Assembly: GCA_032718475.1 (NCBI GenBank)
Contig: JAUCBJ010005191.1
Coordinates: forward strand, 91-64,090
Reading direction: 5' to 3'
From: Nemertoderma westbladi
Lineage: Eukaryota; Animalia; Xenacoelomorpha
DNA length: 64,000 bases
How positions within the stretch are numbered: the stretch's first letter is position 1; each line of letters starts with the position of its first letter. Under the pieces are notes generated by a model that was not told where the DNA came from, searched no databases, and saw only the letters and a program-made list of their open reading frames with translations. Positions 34,306-48,471 of this stretch are shown here, piece by piece. A program made the translations under genes and the position numbers.

Positions 34306-34618
34306 TGATTATTTTAGTATAATATATGCTTATAGTTGTTTGTTCTAATTAAGTACAAAAACGGTAACATTAGCATTTATTCAGTTTTCGCTTTGTAACA
34401 TTAAAATATTGAAATTAAACTTCATACATACTTGCAAAGTATTTTATAGTGTTATGATTTATATCTGCCTTTTATTGGCGTTATTAATTGATCAAGGTCA
34501 AGGGGTTTTAGTGTTACAATTAAGGATGTCTTATGTTGGCTCTTACGTGTTACTGTCTCCCAACAGTTGAGGATAAAGATAAACATTGTTTATTGAAACG
34601 TCTGCAATACACTATGAC

Positions 34619-35605
34619 ACTACTACTAGGATCGGCATGCTGCATTGCAGCTGCATTTTTAAGAATGATATGCCGGCTTGTCGACAAAATTGCGCCGCCA
34701 CAACTCCTTATCACCCATGACATTTGCTAGATCATCCGCATCTTCAAGGCCAGTGTCCTTTAAGATGCGTCTCAAGAAAGTCATGGGCTGTCCACCATGC
34801 TTATTCACTCCATGAGGCTGCTAAAGTACAAGATTATGCACTGGCTGGTCCTCACGGCGAAAGCAATGTCCTGCAAAGCGGAGGCGATTTTGTTCTAGTG
34901 TCAAGCTTGGGGGAACCAATGAGACACCTCCAATGTTATATAGTGTCTGGTTGGAGATGTGTGCATTGTACTTGACACAATGAACCCGGCGTAGCATTCT
35001 TGTGAATGTGCCATCCAGAGATTTGGTGTCCTCAGCAGTTAGAGCCCAGCATGGACTCCCATAGAGGAGTACTGGAACTACTGCTGCTCTAAATAATCGG
35101 ATCTTAAGTTTCCGATTAATTCTCGGTGACTTCCAAATCCTGGAAAGCCTATTCAAGGCTGTCCATGCCTTTCCCTTACGTATTTGAAGGTCCTCTGTCA
35201 AAATTTTGGTCTTTCTGGAGTTAATAAAAAGACCAACACTAGAAGCAGCATGTTCTAATGAGCTGAGGAGCCGTTGGGCTCCCTCTAATGATTCTGAGAG
35301 TACTCCTAAGTCATCAGCAAAGTCTAGATCAGTTAGGTACTTGGCAGGATTTCCTCGACTTCTGGAGCCAGTAGGTGGAGTTATCATCACCCCATCATCA
35401 TTATGATGATCTAAGGACATGCGTAGAACATAGTCAACCACAATTATGAACAAGAATGGTGCAAGTGTGTCTCCTGGAGGACGCCCCATAACACTTCGAA
35501 TGGTTCTGTGTCACCGTCAACAGTAGACACAAATGTTGTCGAACCATCGTATACTGATCTGATTGCTGCAATAATTTCATCAGGAATCCCATATAATGAA
35601 AGTAC
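34619..35605 (-). mobile_element. 5'-truncated RTE-clade LINE remnant with partial reverse transcriptase (frameshifted, internally deleted)
   Basis: Translates LYGIPDEII...DGDTEPFEV / GVLQ-GDTLAPFLFIIVVDYVLR / TDLDFADDL / VGLFINSRKTK / LLYGS.CW...LDGTFTRMLRR. There is a frameshift at the QGD motif, and the usual FxYLG segment is missing between KTKIL and EDLQIRK. (TAG)n tail at ~34619-34629. Confidence 0.9.
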
Positions 35606-35663
35606 TACTATAAACCACTATAACACCTTTTGTGGCTGAAAGTCCTTACACCATTGTTTTTTC

Positions 35664-38600
35664 TAAGGATGTCCTAGCTATAATGATCAATGTTTATGTT
35701 GGCTCTTACGTGTTACTGTCTCCCAACAGTTAAGGATGACCTAGCTATATAATGATCTATGTATATGTTGGCTCTTACGTGTTACTGTCTCCCAACAGTA
35801 TTGGATGACCTAGCTATATAATGATCAATGTTTATGTTGGCTCTTACGTGTTACTGTCTCCCAACAGTATTGGATGACCTAGCTATATAATGATCAATGT
35901 TTATGTTGGCTCTTACGTGTTACTGTCTCCCAACAGTTAAGGATTAATGTTTATGTTGGCTCTTACGTGTTACTGTCTCCCAACAGTTAAGGATGACCTA
36001 GCTATATAATGATCAATGTTTATGTTGGCTCTTACGTGTTACTGTCTCCCAACAGTTAAGGATGACCTAGCTATATAATGATCAATGTTTATGTTGGCTC
36101 TTACGTGTTACTGTCTCCCAACAGTATTAGATGACCTAGCTATATAATGATCAATGTTTATGTTGGCTCTTACGTGTTACTGTCTCCCAACAGTTAAGGA
36201 TGGCCTAGCTATATAATGATCAATGTTTATGTTGGCTCTTACGTGTTACTGTCTCCCAACAGTATTGGACGACCTAGCTATATAATGATCAATGTTTATG
36301 TTGGCTCTTACGTGTTACTGTCTCCCAACAGTATTGGATGACCTAGCTATATAATGATCAATGTTTATGTTGGCTCTTACGTGTTACTGTCTCCCAACAG
36401 TTAAGGATGACCTAGCTATATAATGATCAATGTTTATGTTGGCTCTTACGTGTTACTGTCTCCCAACAGTTAAGGATGACCTAGCTATATAATGATCAAT
36501 GTTTATGTTGGCTCTTACGTGTTACTGTCTCCCAACAGTTAAGGATGACCTAGCTATATAATGATCAATGCTTATGTTGGCTCTTACGTGTTACTGTCTC
36601 CCAACAGTTAAGGATGACCTAGCTATATAATGATCAATGCTTATGTTGGCTCTTACGTGTTACTGTCTCCCAACAGTTAAGGATGGCCTAGCTATATAAT
36701 GATCAATGTTTATGTTGGCTCTTACGTGTTACTGTCTCCCAACAGTTAAGGATGACCTAGCTATATAATGATCAATGCTTATGTTGGCTCTTACGTGTTA
36801 CTGTCTCCCAACAGTTAAGGATGACCTAGCTATATAATGATCAATGTTTATGTTGGCTCTTACGTGTTACTGTCTCCCAACAGTATTGGATGACCTAGCT
36901 ATATAATGATCAATGCTTATGTTGGCTCTTACGTGTTACTGTCTCCCAACAGTTAAGGATGACCTAGCTATATAATGATCAATGTTTATGTTGGCTCTTA
37001 CGTGTTACTGTCTCCCAACAGTTAAGGATGACCTAGCTATATAATGATCAATGCTTATGTTGGCTCTTACGTGTTACTGTCTCCCAACAGTATTGGATGA
37101 CCTAGCTATATAATGATCAATGTTTATGTTGGCTCTTACGTGTTACTGTCTCCCAACAGTTAAGGATGACCTAGCTATATAATGATCAATGTTTATGTTG
37201 GCTCTTACGTGTTACTGTCTCCCAACAGTATTGGATGACCTAGCTATATAATGATCAATGTTTATGTTGGCTCTTACGTGTTACTGTCTCCCAACAGTAT
37301 TGGATGACCTAGCTATATAATGATCAATGTTTATGTTGGCTCTTACGTGTTACTGTCTCCCAACAGTTAAGGATGACCTAGCTATATAATGATCAATGTT
37401 TATGTTGGCTCTTACGTGTTACTGTCTCCCAACAGTATTGGATGACCTAGCTATATAATGATCAATGTTTATGTTGGCTCTTACGTGTTACTGTCTCCCA
37501 ACAGTTAAGGATGACCAGCTATATAATGATCAATGTTTATGTTGGCTCTTACGTGTTACTGTCTCCCAACAGTTAAGGATGACCTAGCTATATAATGATC
37601 AATGTTTATGTTGGCTCTTACGTGTTACTGTCTCCCAACAGTTAAGGATGACCTAGCTATATAATGATCAATGTTTATGTTGGCTCTTACGTGTTACTGT
37701 CTCCCAACAGTTAAGGATGACCTAGCTATATAATGATCAATGTTTATGTTGGCTCTTACGTGTTACTGTCTCCCAACAGTTAAGGATGACCTAGCTATAT
37801 AATGATCAATGTTTATGTTGGCTCTTACGTGTTACTGTCTCCCAACAGTTAAGGATGACCTAGCTATATAATGATCAATGTTTATGTTGGCTCTTACGTG
37901 TTACTGTCTCCCAACAGTTAAGGATGACCTAGCTATATAATGATCAATGTTTATGTTGGCTCTTACGTGTTACTGTCTCCCAACAGTTAAGGATGACCTA
38001 GCTATATAATGATCAATGTTTATGTTGGCTCTTACGTGTTACTGTCTCCCAACAGTTAAGGATGACCTAGCTATATAATGATCAATGTTTATGTTGGCTC
38101 TTACGTGTTACTGTCTCCCAACAGTATTGGATGACCTAGCTATATAATGATCAATGTTTATGTTGGCTCTTACGTGTTACTGTCTCCCAACAGTTAAGGA
38201 TGACCTAGCTATATAATGATCAATGCTTATGTTGGCTCTTACGTGTTACTGTCTCCCAACAGTTAAGGATGACCTAGCTATATAATGATCAATGCTTATG
38301 TTGGCTCTTACGTGTTACTGTCTCCCAACAGTTAAGGATGACCTAGCTATATAATGATCAATGTTTATGTTGGCTCTTACGTGTTACTGTCTCCCAACAG
38401 TTAAGGATGACCTAGCTATATAATGATCAATGCTTATGTTGGCTCTTACGTGTTACTGTCTCCCAACAGTTAAGGATGACCTAGCTATATAATGATCAAT
38501 GTTTATGTTGGCTCTTACGTGTTACTGTCTCCCAACAGTATTGGATGACCTAGCTATATAATGATCAATGTTTATGTTGGCTCTTACGTGTTACTGTCTC

Positions 38601-41600
38601 CCAACAGTTAAGGATGACCTAGCTATATAATGATCAATGTTTATGTTGGCTCTTACGTGTTACTGTCTCCCAACAGTATTGGATGACCAGCTATATAATG
38701 ATCAATGTTTATGTTGGCTCTTACGTGTTACTGTCTCCCAACAGTATTGGGATGACCTAGCTATATAATGATCAATGTTTATGTTGGCTCTTACGTGTTA
38801 CTGTCTCCCAACAGTATTGGATGACCAGCTATATAATGATCAATGTTTATGTTGGCTCTTACGTGTTACTGTCTCCCAACAGTTAAGGATGACCTAGCTA
38901 TATAATGATCAATGTTTATGTTGGCTCTTACGTGTTACTGTCTCCCAACAGTATTGGATGACCAGCTATATAATGATCAATGTTTATGTTGGCTCTTACG
39001 TGTTACTGTCTCCCAACAGTTAAGGATGACCTAGCTATATAATGATCAATGTTTATGTTGGCTCTTACGTGTTACTGTCTCCCAACAGTATTGGATGACC
39101 TAGCTATATAATGATCAATGTTTATGTTGGCTCTTACGTGTTACTGTCTCCCAACAGTGTTGGATGACCAGCTATATAATGATCAATGTTTATGTTGGCT
39201 CTTACGTGTTACTGTCTCCCAACAGTTAAGGATGACCTAGCTATATAATGATCAATGTTTATGTTGGCTCTTACGTGTTACTGTCTCCCAACAGTTAAGG
39301 ATGACCTAGCTATATAATGATCAATGTTTATGTTGGCTCTTACGTGTTACTGTCTCCCAACAGTATTGGATGACCAGCTATATAATGATCAATGTTTATG
39401 TTGGCTCTTACGTGTTACTGTCTCCCAACAGTTAAGGATGACCTAGCTATAATGATCAATGTTTATGTTGGCTCTTACGTGTTACTGTCTCCCAACAGTA
39501 TTGGATGACCAGCTATATAATGATCAATGTTTATGTTGGCTCTTACGTGTTACTGTCTCCCAACAGTTAAGGATGACCAGCTATATAATGATCAATGTTT
39601 ATGTTGGCTCTTACGTGTTACTGTCTCCCAACAGTTAAGGATGACCTAGCTATATAATGATCAATGTTTATGTTGGCTCTTACGTGTTACTGTCTCCCAA
39701 CAGTTAAGGATGACCTAGCTATATAATGATCAATGTTTATGTTGGCTCTTACGTGTTACTGTCTCCCAACAGTTAAGGATGACCAGCTATATAATGATCA
39801 ATGTTTATGTTGGCTCTTACGTGTTACTGTCTCCCAACAGTTAAGGATGACCTAGCTATATAATGATCAATGTTTATGTTGGCTCTTACGTGTTACTGTC
39901 TCCCAACAGTATTGGATGACCAGCTATATAATGATCAATGTTTATGTTGGCTCTTACGTGTTACTGTCTCCCAACAGTTAAGGATGACCTAGCTATATAA
40001 TGATCAATGTTTATGTTGGCTCTTACGTGTTACTGTCTCCCAACAGTTAAGGATGACCTAGCTATATAATGATCAATGTTTATGTTGGCTCTTACGTGTT
40101 ACTGTCTCCCAACAGTTAAGGATGACCTAGCTATATAATGATCAATGTTTATGTTGGCTCTTACGTGTTACTGTCTCCCAACAGTATTGGATGACCTAGC
40201 TATATAATGATCAATGTTTATGTTGGCTCTTACGTGTTACTGTCTCCCAACAGTATGGATGACCTAGCTATATAATGATCAATGTTTATGTTGGCTCTTA
40301 CGTGTTACTGTCTCCCAACAGTTATTGGATGACCTAGCTATATAATGATCAATGTTTATGTTGGCTCTTACGTGTTACTGTCTCCCAACAGTTAAGGATG
40401 ACCTAGCTATATAATGATCAATGTTTATGTTGGCTCTTACGTGTTACTGTCTCCCAACAGTATTGGATGACCTAGCTATATAATGATCAATGTTTATGTT
40501 GGCTCTTACGTGTTACTGTCTCCCAACAGTTAAGGATGACCTAGCTATATAATGATCAATGTTTATGTTGGCTCTTACGTGTTACTGTCTCCCAACAGTT
40601 ATGGATGACCTAGCTATATAATGATCAATGTTTATGTTGGCTCTTACGTGTTACTGTCTCCCAACAGTTAAGGATGACCTAGCTATATAATGATCAATGT
40701 TTATGTTGGCTCTTACGTGTTACTGTCTCCCAACAGTTAAGGATGACCTAGCTATATAATGATCAATGTTTATGTTGGCTCTTACGTGTTACTGTCTCCC
40801 AACAGTATTGGATGACCTAGCTATATAATGATCAATGTTTATGTTGGCTCTTACGTGTTACTGTCTCCCAACAGTTAAGGATGACCTAGCTATATAATGA
40901 TCAATGTTTATGTTGGCTCTTACGTGTTACTGTCTCCCAACAGTATTGGATGACCTAGCTATATAATGATCAATGTTTATGTTGGCTCTTACGTGTTACT
41001 GTCTCCCAACAGTTAAGGATGACCTAGCTATATAATGATCAATGTTTATGTTGGCTCTTACGTGTTACTGTCTCCCAACAGTATTGGATGACCTAGCTAT
41101 ATAATGATCAATGTTTATGTTGGCTCTTACGTGTTACTGTCTCCCAACAGTTAAGGATGACCTAGCTATATAATGATCAATGTTTATGTTGGCTCTTACG
41201 TGTTACTGTCTCCCAACAGTATTGGATGACCTAGCTATATAATGATCAATGTTTATGTTGGCTCTTACGTGTTACTGTCTCCCAACAGTTAAGGATGACC
41301 TAGCTATATAATGATCAATGTTTATGTTGGCTCTTACGTGTTACTGTCTCCCAACAGTATTGGATGACCTAGCTATATAATGATCAATGTTTATGTTGGC
41401 TCTTACGTGTTACTGTCTCCCAACAGTTAAGGATGACCTAGCTATATAATGATCAATGTTTATGTTGGCTCTTACGTGTTACTGTCTCCCAACAGTATTG
41501 GATGACCTAGCTATATAATGATCAATGTTTATGTTGGCTCTTACGTGTTACTGTCTCCCAACAGTATTGGATGACCTAGCTATATAATGATCAATGTTTA

Positions 41601-44600
41601 TGTTGGCTCTTACGTGTTACTGTCTCCCAACAGTTAAGGATGACCTAGCTATATAATGATCAATGTTTATGTTGGCTCTTACGTGTTACTGTCTCCCAAC
41701 AGTATTGGATGACCTAGCTATATAATGATCAATGTTTATGTTGGCTCTTACGTGTTACTGTCTCCCAACAGTTAAGGATGACCTAGCTATATAATGATCA
41801 ATGTTTATGTTGGCTCTTACGTGTTACTGTCTCCCAACAGTTATGGATGACCTAGCTATATAATGATCAATGTTTATGTTGGCTCTTACGTGTTACTGTC
41901 TCCCAACAGTTAAGGATGACCTAGCTATATAATGATCAATGTTTATGTTGGCTCTTACGTGTTACTGTCTCCCAACAGTATTGGATGACCTAGCTATATA
42001 ATGATCAATGTTTATGTTGGCTCTTACGTGTTACTGTCTCCCAACAGTTAAGGATGACCTAGCTATATAATGATCAATGTTTATGTTGGCTCTTACGTGT
42101 TACTGTCTCCCAACAGTATTGGATGACCTAGCTATATAATGATCAATGTTTATGTTGGCTCTTACGTGTTACTGTCTCCCAACAGTTAAGGATGACCTAG
42201 CTATATAATGATCAATGTTTATGTTGGCTCTTACGTGTTACTGTCTCCCAACAGTATTGGATGACCTAGCTATATAATGATCAATGTTTATGTTGGCTCT
42301 TACGTGTTACTGTCTCCCAACAGTATTGGATGACCTAGCTATATAATGATCAATGTTTATGTTGGCTCTTACGTGTTACTGTCTCCCAACAGTATTGGAT
42401 GACCTAGCTATATAATGATCAATGTTTATGTTGGCTCTTACGTGTTACTGTCTCCCAACAGTATTGGATGACCTAGCTATATAATGATCAATGTTTATGT
42501 TGGCTCTTACGTGTTACTGTCTCCCAACAGTATTGGATGACCTAGCTATATAATGATCAATGTTTATGTTGGCTCTTACGTGTTACTGTCTCCCAACAGT
42601 ATTGGATGACCTAGCTATATAATGATCAATGTTTATGTTGGCTCTTACGTGTTACTGTCTCCCAACAGTATTGGATGACCTAGCTATATAATGATCAATG
42701 TTTATGTTGGCTCTTACGTGTTACTGTCTCCCAACAGTTATGGATGACCTAGCTATATAATGATCAATGTTTATGTTGGCTCTTACGTGTTACTGTCTCC
42801 CAACAGTATTGGATGACCTAGCTATATAATGATCAATGTTTATGTTGGCTCTTACGTGTTACTGTCTCCCAACAGTTATGGATGACCTAGCTATATAATG
42901 ATCAATGTTTATGTTGGCTCTTACGTGTTACTGTCTCCCAACAGTATTGGATGACCTAGCTATATAATGATCAATGTTTATGTTGGCTCTTACGTGTTAC
43001 TGTCTCCCAACAGTATTGGATGACCTAGCTATATAATGATCAATGTTTATGTTGGCTCTTACGTGTTACTGTCTCCCAACAGTTAAGGATGACCTAGCTA
43101 TATAATGATCAATGTTTATGTTGGCTCTTACGTGTTACTGTCTCCCAACAGTATTGGATGACCTAGCTATATAATGATCAATGTTTATGTTGGCTCTTAC
43201 GTGTTACTGTCTCCCAACAGTTAAGGATGACCTAGCTATATAATGATCAATGTTTATGTTGGCTCTTACGTGTTACTGTCTCCCAACAGTATTGGATGAC
43301 CTAGCTATATAATGATCAATGTTTATGTTGGCTCTTACGTGTTACTGTCTCCCAACAGTTATGGATGACCTAGCTATATAATGATCAATGTTTATGTTGG
43401 CTCTTACGTGTTACTGTCTCCCAACAGTTAAGGATGACCTAGCTATATAATGATCAATGTTTATGTTGGCTCTTACGTGTTACTGTCTCCCAACAGTATT
43501 GGATGACCTAGCTATATAATGATCAATGTTTATGTTGGCTCTTACGTGTTACTGTCTCCCAACAGTATTGGATGACCTAGCTATATAATGATCAATGTTT
43601 ATGTTGGCTCTTACGTGTTACTGTCTCCCAACAGTATTGGATGACCTAGCTATATAATGATCAATGTTTATGTTGGCTCTTACGTGTTACTGTCTCCCAA
43701 CAGTATTGGATGACCTAGCTATATAATGATCAATGTTTATGTTGGCTCTTACGTGTTACTGTCTCCCAACAGTATTGGATGACCTAGCTATATAATGATC
43801 AATGTTTATGTTGGCTCTTACGTGTTACTGTCTCCCAACAGTATTGGATGACCTAGCTATATAATGATCAATGTTTATGTTGGCTCTTACGTGTTACTGT
43901 CTCCCAACAGTATTGGATGACCTAGCTATATAATGATCAATGTTTATGTTGGCTCTTACGTGTTACTGTCTCCCAACAGTATTGGATGACCTAGCTATAT
44001 AATGATCAATGTTTATGTTGGCTCTTACGTGTTACTGTCTCCCAACAGTTAAGGATGACCTAGCTATATAATGATCAATGTTTATGTTGGCTCTTACGTG
44101 TTACTGTCTCCCAACAGTATTGGATGACCTAGCTATATAATGATCAATGTTTATGTTGGCTCTTACGTGTTACTGTCTCCCAACAGTTAAGGATGACCTA
44201 GCTATATAATGATCAATGTTTATGTTGGCTCTTACGTGGTACTGTCTCCCAACAGTATTGGATGACCTAGCTATATAATGATCAATGTTTATGTTGGCTC
44301 TTACGTGTTACTGTCTCCCAACAGTTAAGGATGACCTAGCTATATAATGATCAATGTTTATGTTGGCTCTTACGTGTTACTGTTTCCCAACAGTTAAGGA
44401 TGACCAGCTATATAATGATCAATGTTTATGTTGGCTCTTACGTGTTACTGTTTCCCAACAGTTAAGGATGACCAGCTATATAATGATCAATGTTTATGTT
44501 GGCTCTTACGTGTTACTGTCTCCCAACAGTTAAGGATGACCTAGCTATATAATGATCAATGTTTATGTTGGCTCTTACGTGTTGCTGTCTCCCAACAGTT

Positions 44601-47600
44601 AAGGATGACCAGCTATATAATGATCAATGTTTATGTTGGCTCTTACGTGTTACTGTTTCCCAACAGTTAAGGATGACCAGCTATATAATGATCAATGTTT
44701 ATGTTGGCTCTTACGTGTTACTGTTTCCCAACAGTTAAGGATGACCTAGCTATATAATGATCAATGTTTATGTTGGCTCTTACGTGGTACTGTCTCCCAA
44801 CAGTATTGGATGACCTAGCTATATAATGATCAATGTTTATGTTGGCTCTTACGTGTTACTGTCTCCCAACAGTTAAGGATGACCTAGCTATATAATGATC
44901 AATGTTTATGTTGGCTCTTACGTGTTACTGTCTCCCAACAGTATTGGATGACCTAGCTATATAATGATCAATGTTTATGTTGGCTCTTACGTGGTACTGT
45001 CTCCCAACAGTATTGTATGACCAGCTATATAATGATCAATGTTTATGTTGGCTCTTACGTGTTACTGTCTCCCAACAGTTAAGGATGACCTAGCTATATA
45101 ATGATCAATGTTTATGTTGGCTCTTACGTGTTACTGTCTCCCAACAGTATTGGATGGCCTAGCTATATAATGATCAATGTTTATGTTGGCTCTTACGTGT
45201 TACTGTCTCCCAACAGTATTGGATGACCTAGCTATATAATGATCAATGTTTATGTTGGCTCTTACGTGTTATTGTCTCCCAACAGTTAAGGATGACCTAG
45301 CTATATAATGATCAATGTTTATGTTGGCTCTTACGTGTTACTGTCTCCCAACAGTTAAGGATGACCTAGCTATATAATGATCAATGTTTATGTTGGCTCT
45401 TACGTGTTACTGTCTCCCAACAGTATTGGATGACCTAGCTATATAATGATCAATGTTTATGTTGGCTCTTACGTGTTACTGTCTCCCAACAGTATTGGAT
45501 GACCTAGCTATATAATGATCAATGTTTATGTTGGCTCTTACGTGTTACTGTCTCCCAACAGTATTGGATGACCTAGCTATATAATGATCAATGTTTATGT
45601 TGGCTCTTACGTGTTACTGTCTCCCAACAGTTAAGGATGACCTAGCTATATAATGATCAATGTTTATGTTGGCTCTTACGTGTTACTGTCTCCCAACAGT
45701 TAAGGATGACCAGCTATATAATGATCAATGTTTATGTTGGCTCTTACGTGTTACTGTCTCCCAACAGTTAAGGATGACCTAGCTATATAATGATCAATGT
45801 TTATGTTGGCTCTTACGTGTTACTGTCTCCCAACAGTATTGGATGACCTAGCTATATAATGATCAATGTTTATGTTGGCTCTTACGTGTTACTGTCTCCC
45901 AACAGTATTGGATGACCTAGCTATATAATGATCAATGTTTATGTTGGCTCTTACGTGTTACTGTCTCCCAACAGTTAAGGATGACCTAGCTATATAATGA
46001 TCAATGTTTATGTTGGCTCTTACGTGTTACTGTCTCCCAACAGTTAAGGATGACCTAGCTATATAATGATCAATGTTTATGTTGGCTCTTACGTGTTACT
46101 GTCTCCCAACAGTTAAGGATGACCTAGCTATATAATGATCAATGTTTATGTTGGCTCTTACGTGTTACTGTCTCCCAACAGTATTGGATGACCTAGCTAT
46201 ATAATGATCAATGTTTATGTTGGCTCTTACGTGTTACTGTCTCCCAACAGTTAAGGATGACCTAGCTATATAATGATCAATGTTTATGTTGGCTCTTACG
46301 TGTTACTGTCTCCCAACAGTTAAGGATGACCTAGCTATATAATGATCAATGTTTATGTTGGCTCTTACGTGTTACTGTCTCCCAACAGTTAAGGATGACC
46401 TAGCTATATAATGATCAATGTTTATGTTGGCTCTTACGTGTTACTGTCTCCCAACAGTATTGGATGACCTAGCTATATAATGATCAATGTTTATGTTGGC
46501 TCTTACGTGTTACTGTCTCCCAACAGTTAAGGATGACCTAGCTATATAATGATCAATGTTTATGTTGGCTCTTACGTGTTACTGTCTCCCAACAGTATTG
46601 GATGACCAGCTATATAATGATCAATGTTTATGTTGGCTCTTACGTGTTACTGTCTCCCAACAGTATTGGATGACCAGCTATATAATGATCAATGTTTATG
46701 TTGGCTCTTACGTGTTACTGTCTCCCAACAGTATTGGATGACCTAGCTATATAATGATCAATGTTTATGTTGGCTCTTACGTGTTACTGTCTCCCAACAG
46801 TATTGGATGACCAGCTATATAATGATCAATGTTTATGTTGGCTCTTACGTGTTACTGTCTCCCAACAGTATTGGATGACCTAGCTATATAATGATCAATG
46901 TTTATGTTGGCTCTTACGTGTTACTGTCTCCCAACAGTATTGGATGACCAGCTATATAATGATCAATGTTTATGTTGGCTCTTACGTGTTACTGTCTCCC
47001 AACAGTATTGGATGACCTAGCTATATAATGATCAATGTTTATGTTGGCTCTTACGTGTTACTGTCTCCCAACAGTATTGGATGACCAGCTATATAATGAT
47101 CAATGTTTATGTTGGCTCTTACGTGTTACTGTCTCCCAACAGTATTGGATGACCTAGCTATATAATGATCAATGTTTATGTTGGCTCTTACGTGTTACTG
47201 TCTCCCAACAGTATTGGATGACCTAGCTATATAATGATCAATGTTTATGTTGGCTCTTACGTGTTACTGTCTCCCAACAGTTAAGGATGACCTAGCTATA
47301 TAATGATCAATGTTTATGTTGGCTCTTACGTGTTACTGTCTCCCAACAGTATTGGATGGCCTAGCTATATAATGATCAATGTTTATGTTGGCTCTTACGT
47401 GTTACTGTCTCCCAACAGTTAAGGATGACCTAGCTATATAATGATCAATGTTTATGTTGGCTCTTACGTGTTACTGTCTTCCAACAGTATTGGATGGCCT
47501 AGCTATATAATGATCAATGTTTATGTTGGCTCTTACGTGTTACTGTCTCCCAACAGTTAAGGATGACCAGCTATATAATGATCAATGTTTATGTTGGCTC

Positions 47601-48031
47601 TTACGTGTTACTGTCTCCCAACAGTTAAGGATGACCTAGCTATATAATGATCAATGTTTATGTTGGCTCTTACGTGTTACTGTCTCCCAACAGTATTGGA
47701 TGACCTAGCTATATAATGATCAATGTTTATGTTGGCTCTTACGTGTTACTGTCTCCCAACAGTTAAGGATGACCTAGCTATATAATGATCAATGTTTATG
47801 TTGGCTCTTACGTGTTACTGTCTCCCAACAGTATTGGATGACCTAGCTATATAATGATCAATGTTTATGTTGGCTCTTACGTGTTACTGTCTCCCAACAG
47901 TATTGGATGACCAGCTATATAATGATCTATGTATATGTTGGCTCTTACGTGTTACTGTCTCCCAACAGTATTGGATGACCTAGCTATATAATGATCAATG
48001 TTTATGTTCGCTCTTACGTTACTGTCTCCCA
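35664..48031. repeat. 69-bp satellite, about 179 copies (12.4 kb), two main variants; an orphan partial unit at 34521-34574
   Basis: Unit GGATGACCTAGCTATATAATGATCAATGTTTATGTTGGCTCTTACGTGTTACTGTCTCCCAACAG(TTAA/TATT), period 69. Confidence 0.97.
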
Positions 48032-48375
48032 GTTTCACTGTTGTTTCTCTTAGTCCTTCATTGTATGTTATGTTAGCAATAATGCAGAATGTTATTTATT
48101 TACTGTTGTATTTATTTATCATATAATTTATTTATTTAGTGTTTTGTTACTATAAGTGCTAAACTATCTGTAAATTAAAACTTTGGTTGAAATGGGGGAA
48201 TTATATGCTTTTTAAACTGCTTCATCACCGATCGGGGAGGGGGGTCTTCAAGTTATCTTTACCGGAACCAAAGTAATTTAGGAAACAGAATGGAAGGGTT
48301 TACTGTTGAAGATCACCCATGGTGGTGAACAGGCATTCCTTTAGGAAACAGAGTGGAAGGGTTTACTGTGGAAGA

Positions 48376-48471
48376 TCACCAATGGTGGCTGAACTGGTTA
48401 GCGCTACAACTGATGAGACCTGTTAGGCCGAAACGTACGAGTAGCGCTGGTTCAAACCCCGGTGACGTTTT
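48376..48471 (+). ncRNA. tRNA-like Pol III element (SINE/retrozyme-like) with a degenerate minimal type I hammerhead ribozyme between A and B boxes
   Basis: A box TGGCTGAACTGG 48386-48397. B box GGTTCAAACCC 48449-48459. Terminal TCACC/GGTGA pairing. 8-bp stem AGCGCTAC/GTAGCGCT enclosing CTGATGA-GACCTGTTAGGCC-GAAACGTA. T4 at 48468-48471. Confidence 0.6.

Noticed and set aside
35664-48031. Array of TATA (CTATATAA), nuclear-receptor half-site (TGACCT) and bZIP-like (TTACGTG) motifs as a mega-enhancer
   Set aside because: Short motifs are expected by chance in a 69-bp unit, and the sequence gives no functional evidence.
48376-48465. Functional tRNA gene
   Set aside because: There is no anticodon loop, the acceptor and T stems are imperfect, and the central region is hammerhead-like. 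Treated as a tRNA-derived element instead.
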